Below are positions 11,261 to 21,088 of a DNA stretch of 64,000 nucleotides, piece after piece. Each line of letters opens with the position of its first letter. Position 1 is the first letter of the stretch. The stretch covers positions 39,661 to 103,660 of the forward strand of contig DALTWK010000003.1 in NCBI GenBank assembly GCA_029987115.1. Reading direction: 5' to 3'. Source of the DNA: Methanocorpusculum sp. GTDB taxonomy: Archaea > Halobacteriota > Methanomicrobia > Methanomicrobiales > Methanocorpusculaceae. Position numbers and translations under genes: made by a program. The notes below the pieces were generated by a model that worked only from the letters and a program-made list of their open reading frames with translations, was not told the DNA's origin and searched no databases.

Positions 11261-11554
11261 ATGGTCGATATTTTTGGAATTATTACGGCAAATCCTGTGG
11301 CTGCAGTTGTATTGGTATTGATTGCTATTGTCATTTGTATTGTTCTTTTTTTTATTCTAAAAAATGGATTGAAATTGTTGATAAATGCTATTGCTGGCGT
11401 CATCATTCTACTAGTGATTACTCTGGTTCCTGTTTTAAATGAGTTAATCCAAATAGGGGGGTTAACAGTTGCGAAAGTTGTTGTGTGCGCTGTTGGTGGT
11501 GTAATTGGTGTAATTGTAATAATAATACTGTCGTTCTTTGGAATTCAGATTTAA
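11261..11554 (+). CDS. BofA-like small membrane protein
   Basis: Three hydrophobic helices; LKLLINAIAG..IL and VGGVIGV pattern. Confidence 0.7.
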   Translation: MVDIFGIITANPVAAVVLVLIAIVICIVLFFILKNGLKLLINAIAGVIILLVITLVPVLNELIQIGGLTVAKVVVCAVGGVIGVIVIIILSFFGIQI

Positions 11555-11754
11555 TTATTTATTATTCACCAAATTTCTCCTAATTTTTCTTCGTTATATT
11601 AACCATCGTAGTATTTCACTCAATGTGTCTTCTGACAAACTCACATCTTTTTCCGAACAACTATTGTTATTGATGAGTATTAGCAAGATGTATACCTCAT
11701 TCTATAGTAATCGGTGTTAAAGATTGATAACGCATAAAGAACAACATATTTAGT

Positions 11755-11883
11755 ATGACTAAAGCCGATGAATCGGAGAAACCGAAATTTCAGAAACCTG
11801 GATTAATGTATTATGTCTTGATGGTTGTTGCTATTGGTTGTGTCATCTATGGGGTTTATGGTTGGGTTACTGGAAAGTGGTAA
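11755..11883 (+). CDS. Small single-pass membrane protein (42 aa; not in ORF track)
   Basis: MTKADESEKPKFQKPGLMYYVLMVVAIGCVIYGVYGWVTGKW*; charged N-terminus plus one TM helix. Confidence 0.6.
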   Translation: MTKADESEKPKFQKPGLMYYVLMVVAIGCVIYGVYGWVTGKW

Positions 11884-11918
11884 TTTCATATAGTCAAAAA
11901 ACCTATGTACTAAAGCAA

Positions 11919-11992
11919 GCACCGATAGGGTAGTCAGGATATCCTAAGGGCCTCCGGAGCCTTTGACTCGGGTTCAAATCCCGACCGGTGCG
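11919..11992 (+). tRNA. tRNA-Arg(CCG)
   Basis: Anticodon loop CTCCGGA in stem AGGGC/GCCTT; T-arm TCGGG-TTCAAAT-CCCGA; followed by a T-run. Confidence 0.93.
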
Positions 11993-12161
11993 TTTTTTCA
12001 GATGTTATCTAATTAATCCAATGATTTTAAAAAGCATATCTTCTTTTTGTGCGCTCTTTCAATAAAGAGTATATGATACGGGGATCTCTCCACCCAATTA
12101 TCTTCGAATTAATAATAAGTAAAAAAAAGAAAGTGGAGAGGGGGTGTAATTTGTTTGTTGA

Positions 12162-12401
12162 TTAAACAGTAGCTTGTGGTGTAGTGTCGGGGATTTTTGG
12201 AAGATAGAGCATCTGCCTGGCATCGTGGAAATTGAACTTCTCAATGACAAATCCTTCTTCTTTTAAACGACGCAGTGCGTACCGAACTGTACGTGGAGCA
12301 AGTCCAGTTCCAATCACAAGATCTTTGTGTGTCTGTGAGCCGTTTCTATGCAACTGTTCGAGAACAGTATAGCATGATTTTGGCATGTTTTTTCTATGCA
12401 T
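12162..12401 (-). CDS. Small winged-HTH (MarR/ArsR-like) transcriptional regulator
   Basis: THKDL...TGLAPRTVRYALRRLKEEG...FNFHDARQMLY. Confidence 0.85.
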   Translation of the reverse strand: MHRKNMPKSCYTVLEQLHRNGSQTHKDLVIGTGLAPRTVRYALRRLKEEGFVIEKFNFHDARQMLYLPKIPDTTPQATV

Positions 12402-12698
12402 AATAACAATCTGGCATAATTTTATATAAATATATCCATTATGGTTTGTATTAATTGGAATAAAATAGTATAATTTGGTGTTTTGTTTTTAATTTTGAAA
12501 ACTAATTGATATTTATTTGCTATTTGTTTTTAAAAACTAAACCAATGTGTGTGGTTGCGTATTTTTCAAATTAGGGGGACAATTCATTGTTTTGAATATT
12601 GATGGTTTTTTTGTTATTCTCTGTCAATTTTTACGTATATTCATTTGAACGCGCGGAATAAAGCAATGCTTATCAATCGATGAGGTCAATGCTTATGT

Positions 12699-13100
12699 AT
12701 GAATCAGCTTCCTATTGTGGGTACATCAGTTGATCTTTTGGAGCTTCGTGATTTGCGCCGGGAACTTCATATCAACGTTTATTTGTATATGGATGCCGAG
12801 ATTGCTGCATCGTCTACTGTAAAAGATGATATTGCAAAATACCGTCTTGTTGACTTCGATTATCGACCTGTTCTTGAAATAGAAGAGTGGATAAAAAATA
12901 TGCAGAAACAGATGAAACAGATTTCCGGTTCAAGTGCCAATATTGAACAGATGCTCTCTGAACAACCTCTATGTGCAGAGATTTTGGAAATTGGGGAGAT
13001 AGAGACGCCCGTTGGTTCTCGAAAATACCTAAAATGTCTCCTGCCATTCTTAGATGAGATGGAGGAAATGGAAGTACATCAAGCGTCTGGTTTCAAATAA
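12699..13100 (+). CDS. Hypothetical protein
   Basis: 133-aa ORF with normal composition; no motif recognised. Confidence 0.7.
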   Translation: MNQLPIVGTSVDLLELRDLRRELHINVYLYMDAEIAASSTVKDDIAKYRLVDFDYRPVLEIEEWIKNMQKQMKQISGSSANIEQMLSEQPLCAEILEIGEIETPVGSRKYLKCLLPFLDEMEEMEVHQASGFK

Positions 13101-13163
13101 CTTCCATTTTGGAAGAGATAAAAAGTCATTTATAGAACAACAATCCAATTAAAATTATCTATT

Positions 13164-14111
13164 ATGTCGATGGATAGACTTCTCCAAAACGTCGTAAGTA
13201 TCTTTCTTATGGCGGGGTACAACGTTTCTGAGCGTTGTGAGATTCGTCCGAGAAGTTTTGATTTAATGACTACTAATGGAGAAAATCTTCTCGTTGTCAA
13301 GGTTGTTTCTCAAATAGACAGTGTGAATGAAGATGTATCGTGGGATTTGGATAAAATTGCTCGTCATCTGCATGCAGTGCCACTGATTATCGGAGAACGT
13401 GCACGTGACATCCCGCTTGAACGTGGAGCAATTTATCTCCGTTATGGAATCAATGCTATTTCTCCCGCAACTTTATACGATTATTTAGCTGAAGGGGAAC
13501 TCCCGCTTGTTTATGCATCGCCGGGTGGATTATATGTGAATTTGGATGCAGATCATTTGAAAGAGTTACGCGAAGGTATGTCTCTGTCATTAGGTGATCT
13601 TGCTCATGCTCTTGGTGTGTCTCGTCGTACCGTTAGTAAATATGAAAGTGGCATGGGTGCTACGCTGGATATGGCAATGCGTCTAGAAGAATTTTTTAAC
13701 GATGATATTGTTCGTCCAATAGATCTTATGAAGTATATCCCCGCGGAAGAGGAACGCGTTCCTGCTTCTCTTCCATCTGCACACATTCAAGGAGAAACTG
13801 CTGAGAGACCTGAGGATCATCTCCGTTCAATTGGGATTAATGTCCATGAATTGCGCCGTTCTCCATTTCATGCGTTTGCGGTGTATGAGAATGAGACAAT
13901 TCTTACCTGTTATGGAACACCACAAAAAACAGTTGAGCGTGCAGAACTCCTAGGTAATATTTCTCGTATCTCTGGAACACATTCGCTTTGTGTTGTTACG
14001 GACTATGGTAAGGAGAAGAAAATCGGAAGTACGCTTGTCATAGGAGAGAAACGTCTGAAAGATGTTGAAGATGGTGAAGACCTTCTTGAAATGGTTTCCG
14101 AACGACAATAA
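13164..14111 (+). CDS. Archaeal Cro/C1-type HTH transcriptional regulator (COG1395 family)
   Basis: RPRSFDL, YASPGGLYV, SLGDLAHALGVSRRTVSKYE.G. Confidence 0.9.
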   Translation: MSMDRLLQNVVSIFLMAGYNVSERCEIRPRSFDLMTTNGENLLVVKVVSQIDSVNEDVSWDLDKIARHLHAVPLIIGERARDIPLERGAIYLRYGINAISPATLYDYLAEGELPLVYASPGGLYVNLDADHLKELREGMSLSLGDLAHALGVSRRTVSKYESGMGATLDMAMRLEEFFNDDIVRPIDLMKYIPAEEERVPASLPSAHIQGETAERPEDHLRSIGINVHELRRSPFHAFAVYENETILTCYGTPQKTVERAELLGNISRISGTHSLCVVTDYGKEKKIGSTLVIGEKRLKDVEDGEDLLEMVSERQ

Positions 14112-14215
14112 TTGTTAGAATGTTCTCTTTGTCTAGTATAAATAGGTATTATTCTTTCTCCTTATGAAGACAAGAGAAGATTAATCATCTATTTTTGTAA
14201 TTAAAAAAAGGATAT

Positions 14216-15427
14216 TTAGAAGTCCGTCATTACACGGAATTGATCGATTTCTTCAGAGTCAAGTTCTTCAAGGAAACCTTCTGCTGCGTTTTTAATATCT
14301 TTGCTTGCAGTAATTGCACGACCCACAACAACAATATCTGCTCCAGCTTCAATTGCCTTACAAACAACTGGCTTTCTGATACCTCCTGCGGTTGCAACAA
14401 GTATTTTTGCACCGTATTTTTTGCCGATTTCCTTTACTTTCTTAATGTCTCCCCAACTGTATTCTCCGGATGCTTCTTTATCGATAGCGCGGTGCATCTC
14501 AACGTACTGTGGAAGGACCGCAGCACCACCGAGTTTTCCAAGCTCTTCGATGAGTTTTGCCGGTGCATCAACATTCAGCATGTCGATAATTGCGTAGATA
14601 CCACACTTCTTTGCTTCTTTGATGAATGCAGCAACAGTTTCAATTGGTGCACGACCAGAGACGACTGCTGCATCCCCTCCTGCATTGGAGACCATACGTG
14701 CTTCGAGGTTTCCGGTATCCATTGTCTTGATATCAGCAACAATGAAGCAGTTTGGACGAATCTTTCTGATTTCTCCAATGACTCCGAGGCCGAACTGCTT
14801 AATAAGCGGTGTTCCTGCTTCAAAGATAACATGATCATTCTGCGGGACGTTGGTTAAGACCCGTTCGACCTGTTTCATGTCGATAAGGTCCATAGCAACC
14901 TGGAGATACGGCGGGTTCCAAAGTCTCGGAACCTTGAATCCCATTACTCCATGTGCTGCTCTGTCCTTTTCTTTAAGGACAGTACCTACGTCCGGGAACT
15001 TATCGAGTGCACGGGTAAGTGCAAGGCGTGTTGCTCCATAATTGAAACGATAGAGTTTATTGAAGTCTTTTGCTGCTGGATCGATGAAAACGCTTGCAAC
15101 AATTACGTTTTCTTCCACATCAATTCCTTCAAATACACCATCTTCTAAAGCATCTGCAACTGCTTTAGATACTGCTGCCTGTGCTGGACCGAATATTTGT
15201 GTGACTTGTTCTCCATGCTTCAGGGTAACTTTCGGCACGATAAGAACTGCTGGTTTCGGCAGAAGATTCGGACGAATCACTCCTAATAGAGGGGTATGTC
15301 CTGCAGAAAGTTGGGTTAAACCGTTTGCGAATGCTGTTCCGACTGGTCCGTTTTTATCGCCAATCATAAGGTCGATGTGAGCAAGTTCTGCTCCATCGCC
15401 AACGAGTGCTTCACCAATTAAGAACAT
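14216..15427 (-). CDS. fae-hps: Bifunctional formaldehyde-activating enzyme / 3-hexulose-6-phosphate synthase
   Basis: IGEALVGDGAELAHIDL, FGPAQAAV (Fae); LQVAMD, EAGTPLIK, ADIKTMDTG, VVGRAIT (HPS). Confidence 0.96.
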   Translation of the reverse strand: MFLIGEALVGDGAELAHIDLMIGDKNGPVGTAFANGLTQLSAGHTPLLGVIRPNLLPKPAVLIVPKVTLKHGEQVTQIFGPAQAAVSKAVADALEDGVFEGIDVEENVIVASVFIDPAAKDFNKLYRFNYGATRLALTRALDKFPDVGTVLKEKDRAAHGVMGFKVPRLWNPPYLQVAMDLIDMKQVERVLTNVPQNDHVIFEAGTPLIKQFGLGVIGEIRKIRPNCFIVADIKTMDTGNLEARMVSNAGGDAAVVSGRAPIETVAAFIKEAKKCGIYAIIDMLNVDAPAKLIEELGKLGGAAVLPQYVEMHRAIDKEASGEYSWGDIKKVKEIGKKYGAKILVATAGGIRKPVVCKAIEAGADIVVVGRAITASKDIKNAAEGFLEELDSEEIDQFRVMTDF

Positions 15428-15567
15428 GAATCAATCTCTGTTCTAGCGTTTGTCGTATGATAAGATAAATCCGCTCTTCTAAAATATATAGTTGATATAG
15501 TGAATCTATATAGTATTGGAGGAATATTCATAGTTATTCTTCTCAAAAAGAAATTCCAGGGAAGTCA

Positions 15568-16197
15568 ATGAGTTTCAAAGATATTGTAATGCCTACTGAC
15601 AAGGTTTTTTTTGAATTGTTTGAGAGTCAGGCGGATGTTGCTTGCAGGGCAGCTGATGCCCTAGTAGACATTTTTACAGATTATTCGGATGTTGAGGAAA
15701 AATACAGAAAATTGAAATCCATTGAACATGAGGGGGATGAAATAACTCACAAAGCTTATGATGAGTTGAACCGGACATTTATTACTCCTTTTGAACCCGA
15801 AGAAATCTCTCGCCTAATTACTACATTGGATGATATTGTTGATTTCATGGATGAAGGAGCACGTCATCTTTTAACGTATAATATTGAAGAACCAGCTCCG
15901 ACAATGATTGATGTCGCTTTATGTCTGCAGTCTGCAACACGAGAGATACAGAGGGGAGTGGCAATGCTCCGATCATTGAAAAATGTCGAGGAATTACAAA
16001 AAATCTGCATTGAGATAAACCGTTATGAGAATATAGCAGATGATTTGGAGACGAAGGCGCTTAAGGAATTGTTTGCATCCAATGATGCAATCCATATCAT
16101 TAAAATGAAAGATATTTATGAACACTTTGAAAACGCCGCGGACAAATGTGAAGATATTGCTGATGTAATAACGGCAATTATTATCCGTCACACCTGA
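15568..16197 (+). CDS. DUF47 / PhoU-like phosphate transport regulator
   Basis: EHEGDEITH..LNRTFITPF, LDDIVD, ENAADKCED. Confidence 0.92.
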   Translation: MSFKDIVMPTDKVFFELFESQADVACRAADALVDIFTDYSDVEEKYRKLKSIEHEGDEITHKAYDELNRTFITPFEPEEISRLITTLDDIVDFMDEGARHLLTYNIEEPAPTMIDVALCLQSATREIQRGVAMLRSLKNVEELQKICIEINRYENIADDLETKALKELFASNDAIHIIKMKDIYEHFENAADKCEDIADVITAIIIRHT

Positions 16198-16199
16198 TT

Positions 16200-17399
16200 A
16201 TGGATGTTGTAACAACTATTCTGGTAATCCTTGGTATTGCAATCTCTTTGATTTTTAATTATTCCAATGGAAAAAACAATGCTTCGAATGCAATAGCCAC
16301 GGTAGTTGCAACGCATGCTATGACTCCGAGGAAGGCGCTTATTTTTGCTGCAATTTGCTGTCTTATCGGTCCATTTCTCTTCTCGACTGCTGTTGCAAAA
16401 ACTATTGGTGCGGGTGTTATTGACACCTCAATATTCACTCCTGTTCTTCTATTAGTTGGTCTTTGCGGGTCTGTTCTTTGGGTAAACTTCTGTTCCTATG
16501 TTGGGATTCCTGTCTCTTCATCACATGCTCTTGTTGGTGGAATACTTGGCGCAGGAATTGCAGCAGGAGGGTTCGGTTGTGCTCTTTGGCCTTCAGGAGA
16601 AACACTGTTAGGAACGCTAATATTTGTTCTTCTAGGGGCGGCAATTGGGTTTATTATTGCTCTAATCCTTGCTCTGATTTTTAAGGAAAAACTTTCAGTA
16701 TTTCTTGTATGTGGGGCTGCAGTAGGAGGTATTTTTGGGATTCTTGCCAGTATGATTGCAGGCGTCCTTCCATCTGGTGGTATTCTCGCAATTCTTCTAT
16801 TTATTTGTGTATCTCCTATGCTCGGTCTTACAGTATCGTATACGTTCACAGCAATACTGACTCGTATTATAGATAAGCGATCCAATCATCCGATGAAGAT
16901 GAACAAATGGTTCCAGCGTCTTCAGGTGGTTGGAGCAGGATTCCAAGCTCTTTCAATTGGCGGAAATGACGCCCAGAATGCAATGGGTGTTATTTTTGCT
17001 ATTCTCGTATCCATAGGAGCAGTCACTGCAACATCTACGGTCCCTCTGTGGGTTGTAATCATTTGCTCTTTTGCTATTGCTTTGGGTATGATATGCGGCG
17101 GTCTTAATATCATCAAAAAAGTTGGTTCTGGTATTACTCGAATAATGCCGTACCAAGGTTTTTCCGCCAGCATGTCCTCTGGCGGTGTTCTTGCCCTGGT
17201 AACTGCTCTTGGAATTCCTGTTTCAACCACACATGTTGCAAGTGGGGCTATTATTGGAACTGGAATTACCCGTGGTGCTGGTCTTGTGAATTGGAAGACG
17301 GTAATTCACATGGTTGTAGCTTGGGTGCTGACAATACCCTGTGCCGCTATCGTTTCCGGACTTGCTTATCTATTAGTATCACTCATTTTTGGTCTATAA
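16200..17399 (+). CDS. PiT-family inorganic phosphate transporter
   Basis: NGKNNASNAIATVV, GIPVSSSHALVG, GGNDAQNAMG, GIPVSTTH. Confidence 0.93.
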   Translation: MDVVTTILVILGIAISLIFNYSNGKNNASNAIATVVATHAMTPRKALIFAAICCLIGPFLFSTAVAKTIGAGVIDTSIFTPVLLLVGLCGSVLWVNFCSYVGIPVSSSHALVGGILGAGIAAGGFGCALWPSGETLLGTLIFVLLGAAIGFIIALILALIFKEKLSVFLVCGAAVGGIFGILASMIAGVLPSGGILAILLFICVSPMLGLTVSYTFTAILTRIIDKRSNHPMKMNKWFQRLQVVGAGFQALSIGGNDAQNAMGVIFAILVSIGAVTATSTVPLWVVIICSFAIALGMICGGLNIIKKVGSGITRIMPYQGFSASMSSGGVLALVTALGIPVSTTHVASGAIIGTGITRGAGLVNWKTVIHMVVAWVLTIPCAAIVSGLAYLLVSLIFGL

Positions 17400-17449
17400 T
17401 TTGTATGGGTGACAACACATTCATCCCATATCAACACCAATATATCTCT

Positions 17450-17962
17450 ATGAAAATTCTCCTAGCTATTGCATCAAGCCGTTTTATGGATCAGGAGTAC
17501 ACTGAACCGAAAAAAATACTTGAAAATGCAGGAATCGAATGTATCACTGCATCCACTATCCATGGAACATGCTATGGAATGCACGGTGAAATTGTTGAAT
17601 CTGATCTTTCGTTTGAAGAAGTGAATCCGGATGAATATGATGGAATCATTCTTGCTGGTGGTATTGGATGTCAAGATGAATTCTGGAGAAATGAACTTCT
17701 GATTGATATCGTTAATAAAATTGGTAACAAAGGTAAAGTTGCTGCAGCAATCTGCTTAGCACCGGTTGTTTTGGCCGAAGCAGGTCTCCTTGCGGGAAAA
17801 AAGGCAACTACCTTCGACACACCCGCATCAAAAAGAATTCTTTCTCTCGACAAGGCAGAGGTTGTTGCAGATAACGTTGTTATTGATGGTAATATTATCA
17901 CTGCAAAAACACCGTTTGATTCGGAAGCTTTCGGAAAAGCTGTTCTTTCTATCTTGAAGTAA
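17450..17962 (+). CDS. DJ-1/PfpI family protein
   Basis: F.DQEY..P, YDGIILAGG.G, AAICLAP (nucleophilic Cys), VVIDGNIITA. Confidence 0.92.
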   Translation: MKILLAIASSRFMDQEYTEPKKILENAGIECITASTIHGTCYGMHGEIVESDLSFEEVNPDEYDGIILAGGIGCQDEFWRNELLIDIVNKIGNKGKVAAAICLAPVVLAEAGLLAGKKATTFDTPASKRILSLDKAEVVADNVVIDGNIITAKTPFDSEAFGKAVLSILK

Positions 17963-17963
17963 A

Positions 17964-19814
17964 ATGGAAAATTCCACACTTAATCCATCACTTCTTTCAT
18001 CCGCTATGGCATTATTTGATGCCGGTGAATATGATGAAGTCCTGACACTGGCGTCAGGAACAAATGACCCTGCATTAATGTTACTTGCGGCAAGAAGTTA
18101 TCTTGCAACCGGAAAATATGACATTGCTGAGACGCTCCTTCGTTCGCTTATCCGAATCATGCCTGGTTCATCTTACCTTCATAGTTATTTAGGGGATGTA
18201 TTGTTGAAGTCTGGGAAAGAAGGTGCTGTTGATGAATTTGCAACTGCTCTTATTCTGGATCCAGATAATAAAGGAGCAGTTAAAAATTATGCATATCTTC
18301 AAGTGAAAGCAGGAGATTATCGTGGAGCTATCCCTTCACTTCGATCCTTGATTTGGTCCGAAGACAGTGAAGAAGAAATAAAATTACTAGAAAAAATTTT
18401 GACCCAAGTTGGAGAACCAAAAGAATCGGTTAATGTTCACATTCATCATTTTGGAGAAGAGTGTTATAGCATACCCTATATAGAAACACTGCTTGCAGCT
18501 GGTGAATATCAGAAGTGTTTGAATCTTTCATTAAAGGGTTGGAATGAAACAGAAGACACCGCATATCTTCGCCTTGATCTCGAAGCACTGGCTGCAATAA
18601 ATAGAGAAGCAGCAGAAAAAGCGTATCGTTCTGCTCTGGACACTTTTGAAGATGGGGGAATGGATGATGAAAATATCCGTTCAATTCGTTTTTCCTATGT
18701 CCTTCTTGAAAAAGTACTTGGTCACTATGAAATGGCGAAGGAGGAACTTTCACATCTGCTCTCTCCCGATTCCCCCGTTGAATATCTGCTGGTTGCTGCT
18801 GATTTAGAGACAAAACTGGGTAATGGCGAGGGGGCTGATTTAATCTATCGCAAGCTTCTCGTCTCAACTCTCTCAAAACAAGATGTTGATTGGGATACAG
18901 CAGAGTTGATTATTAATCATTTCATTGGGTTTTTATCTGCAGTCCGGACCAAAGAGGAAGTTGCAGGGGTTATCAGTGTAACTTTGTCTCCTTATCCAAT
19001 TGCGGTCTGTCTTGCAAAAATAGGTGCCGCGTATGAAGAAGCGAACTCCGCATCACAGGCAAAAGACTGGTTCTATCGTGCATACCGTGCTGATTACTTA
19101 AATGGCGGTCTTGCATATGCGGGATATCTGAAACGTGCAGGAGAGTTCCGTGATGCAGAGACTGTTATTCGATATATCTTTAACAACACAATAAAATTAT
19201 CAGATATTGAACAGGCGGCAAATAACGTATTAAATGGTTCTGCTGGTCTTTATCGTATAGATAAATGTCGTGAGATTGTTCAGAAAAAATTGGCTGCAAA
19301 TGCAGATAAACTAACCACCGCTGGTCGCGAAATGCTTTCTTCAATGTATCTGTATTCAGCAGTAGAGGCGCTTGAACAGCGTAATTTCGAGGAGTGTAAG
19401 TGGTTTTGTCTCTCTGGTATTGATGTTCTTCCATGTTACCCCGCCAAGATTCGTATTCAGGATTTCACGGATATCCTTGTTCAAGCAAAAGGTCGTTCCC
19501 TCTATGAACGTCCGGTTCTCCGTCCAGAAGTTGTTTCTTCCGAACCTTCGAATTCCGAAGAAATATTGCCCATAGATGCTGGTGAAGATGATTTGCTTCC
19601 GAATCTCGATGAACGTGAGCGGAAAATCCTCTCATTTTTACGTGAACATAAAGAGGCGACTGAAATGGATCTCCGGTCTATTTTGGATACCCATCGCATC
19701 ACAGGTATAGTTAATACCCTGATTGAGAAAACCACAGAGTTTGGTGTGACCTTGATAGAAAAACGTGGTGTTGGTGATCGTGGAGAGGTATATGGATATG
19801 TCGGTCGCCAGTGA
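17964..19814 (+). CDS. TPR-repeat protein with acidic linker and C-terminal wHTH-like domain
   Basis: TPR-like helices (e.g. HSYLGDVLLKSG..EGAVDEFATALILDPDN); tail LDERERKILSFLREHKEATEMDLRSIL. Confidence 0.8.
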   Translation: MENSTLNPSLLSSAMALFDAGEYDEVLTLASGTNDPALMLLAARSYLATGKYDIAETLLRSLIRIMPGSSYLHSYLGDVLLKSGKEGAVDEFATALILDPDNKGAVKNYAYLQVKAGDYRGAIPSLRSLIWSEDSEEEIKLLEKILTQVGEPKESVNVHIHHFGEECYSIPYIETLLAAGEYQKCLNLSLKGWNETEDTAYLRLDLEALAAINREAAEKAYRSALDTFEDGGMDDENIRSIRFSYVLLEKVLGHYEMAKEELSHLLSPDSPVEYLLVAADLETKLGNGEGADLIYRKLLVSTLSKQDVDWDTAELIINHFIGFLSAVRTKEEVAGVISVTLSPYPIAVCLAKIGAAYEEANSASQAKDWFYRAYRADYLNGGLAYAGYLKRAGEFRDAETVIRYIFNNTIKLSDIEQAANNVLNGSAGLYRIDKCREIVQKKLAANADKLTTAGREMLSSMYLYSAVEALEQRNFEECKWFCLSGIDVLPCYPAKIRIQDFTDILVQAKGRSLYERPVLRPEVVSSEPSNSEEILPIDAGEDDLLPNLDERERKILSFLREHKEATEMDLRSILDTHRITGIVNTLIEKTTEFGVTLIEKRGVGDRGEVYGYVGRQ

Positions 19815-21084
19815 TCGAAAAGTTGAAAGTGTTGCAATAATTACCGCGTTGCGTCGTGGAACTGTTCCAAATAGTGGTTTGTCACGTTTAGCAGTGGGGA
19901 TTGATTCGGAGGAGAAAGTTATTTCATCTCAGTTGGAATTTGTAGCATCAGGGCATTCTGACTGTAAATTTATTAGAGGTGATTATGGTTCAGGTAAAAC
20001 ATTTCTGATTGCACGAACTGCAGAACTGGCCGGGAATCAAAAATTTGTAGTATCTCATGTGGTTATATCTCCAGATACTCCTCTCCATAAATTACAGGCA
20101 ATATACACGAAAATTTGTGCTGGTCTCACGACAGCTACAGAAACACATGCCTTGAAAAGTATAATTGATACCTGGATTTATGGGATAGAAGACCGGTTAA
20201 TTGAAACGGGAATTAAGGAAGACGATCCCATGCTTAGAGAACAGACATCAAAAGAAATCGAGGCTACACTAGGGCGCGTAGCAGGTGTGAGTTCTGGTCT
20301 AGCATCAGCGGTCCGGGTATACTATAATTCAAATAATAAGGGTGATTTTGCTACTGCTCAGGCGGCAATTGGATGGATATCTGGAGACGCCACCGTTGCA
20401 AATAGGAGTTTCAAATCCCAAGCGGGGGTTAAAGGTATTGTATCAGAAAGTGACGCTCTCCTTTTCCTGAGAGGTATTGTATATTTAATTCGCCAAGCTG
20501 GTTTTTCTGGGCTTTTTGTATCCTTTGATGAAGTTGAGACTGCTCAAGCATTCTCCCGACCACAGCGAGAAAAAGGATATATCAATCTCCGCCAGATTGT
20601 TGATTTGGTCGACAAATGCGAAATTCCAGGTACGTTTTTCCTCTTTGCAGGAACCCCTGCATTTTTTGAAAGTGCAAAAGGAATCCGATCTCTTCCCCCA
20701 CTTTATGATCGAATAGGGCCTATTTCACAAGATGGTTTCGCTAATCCTCTTCAAACACAAATCTCATTATCCAAATTTAATATGGAAAAGTTGGAAAATG
20801 TTGCCTACAAAGTAGCAGAAATATATTCTGAAGGGTATGGAAATGTTGATTCTTCCCGTATTTCACCGAAGTTAATCAGGACAATGATCTCAAAAATAAC
20901 ATCACGGTTTGGGGGGAGGGTTGATATTGTTCCACGTCTATTCCTTCGGGAGTTTATTGATGTTCTTGATAAATCTGCTCTCTATGAAAGTTATAATCCG
21001 TTAGAAAAGTATTCTTTCGTTCCCGAGAAAGGAGATGCCACCTTAAACGAAGAAGAAATGGCTGTAATTGAAGTCTCTTGGTAA
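19798..21084 (+). CDS. brxD: BrxD/DUF2791-family P-loop ATPase
   Basis: IITALRRGTVP, FIRGDYGSGKTF (Walker A, 19978-20001), TPLHKLQAIY, LFVSFDEVE (Walker B), AGTPAFF, PRLFLREF; start 19792 or 19798. Confidence 0.85.
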   Translation: MSVASDRKVESVAIITALRRGTVPNSGLSRLAVGIDSEEKVISSQLEFVASGHSDCKFIRGDYGSGKTFLIARTAELAGNQKFVVSHVVISPDTPLHKLQAIYTKICAGLTTATETHALKSIIDTWIYGIEDRLIETGIKEDDPMLREQTSKEIEATLGRVAGVSSGLASAVRVYYNSNNKGDFATAQAAIGWISGDATVANRSFKSQAGVKGIVSESDALLFLRGIVYLIRQAGFSGLFVSFDEVETAQAFSRPQREKGYINLRQIVDLVDKCEIPGTFFLFAGTPAFFESAKGIRSLPPLYDRIGPISQDGFANPLQTQISLSKFNMEKLENVAYKVAEIYSEGYGNVDSSRISPKLIRTMISKITSRFGGRVDIVPRLFLREFIDVLDKSALYESYNPLEKYSFVPEKGDATLNEEEMAVIEVSW

Positions 21085-21088
21085 TAAT

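Noticed and set aside
12402..12698. Long AT-rich intergenic region
   Set aside because: Explained by divergent promoters; no repeat array or stable structure seen
14240..14857. 205-aa plus-strand ORF (also 55751..56380 opposite mch and 31496..32092 opposite gap)
   Set aside because: Antisense shadows of codon-biased, highly expressed genes
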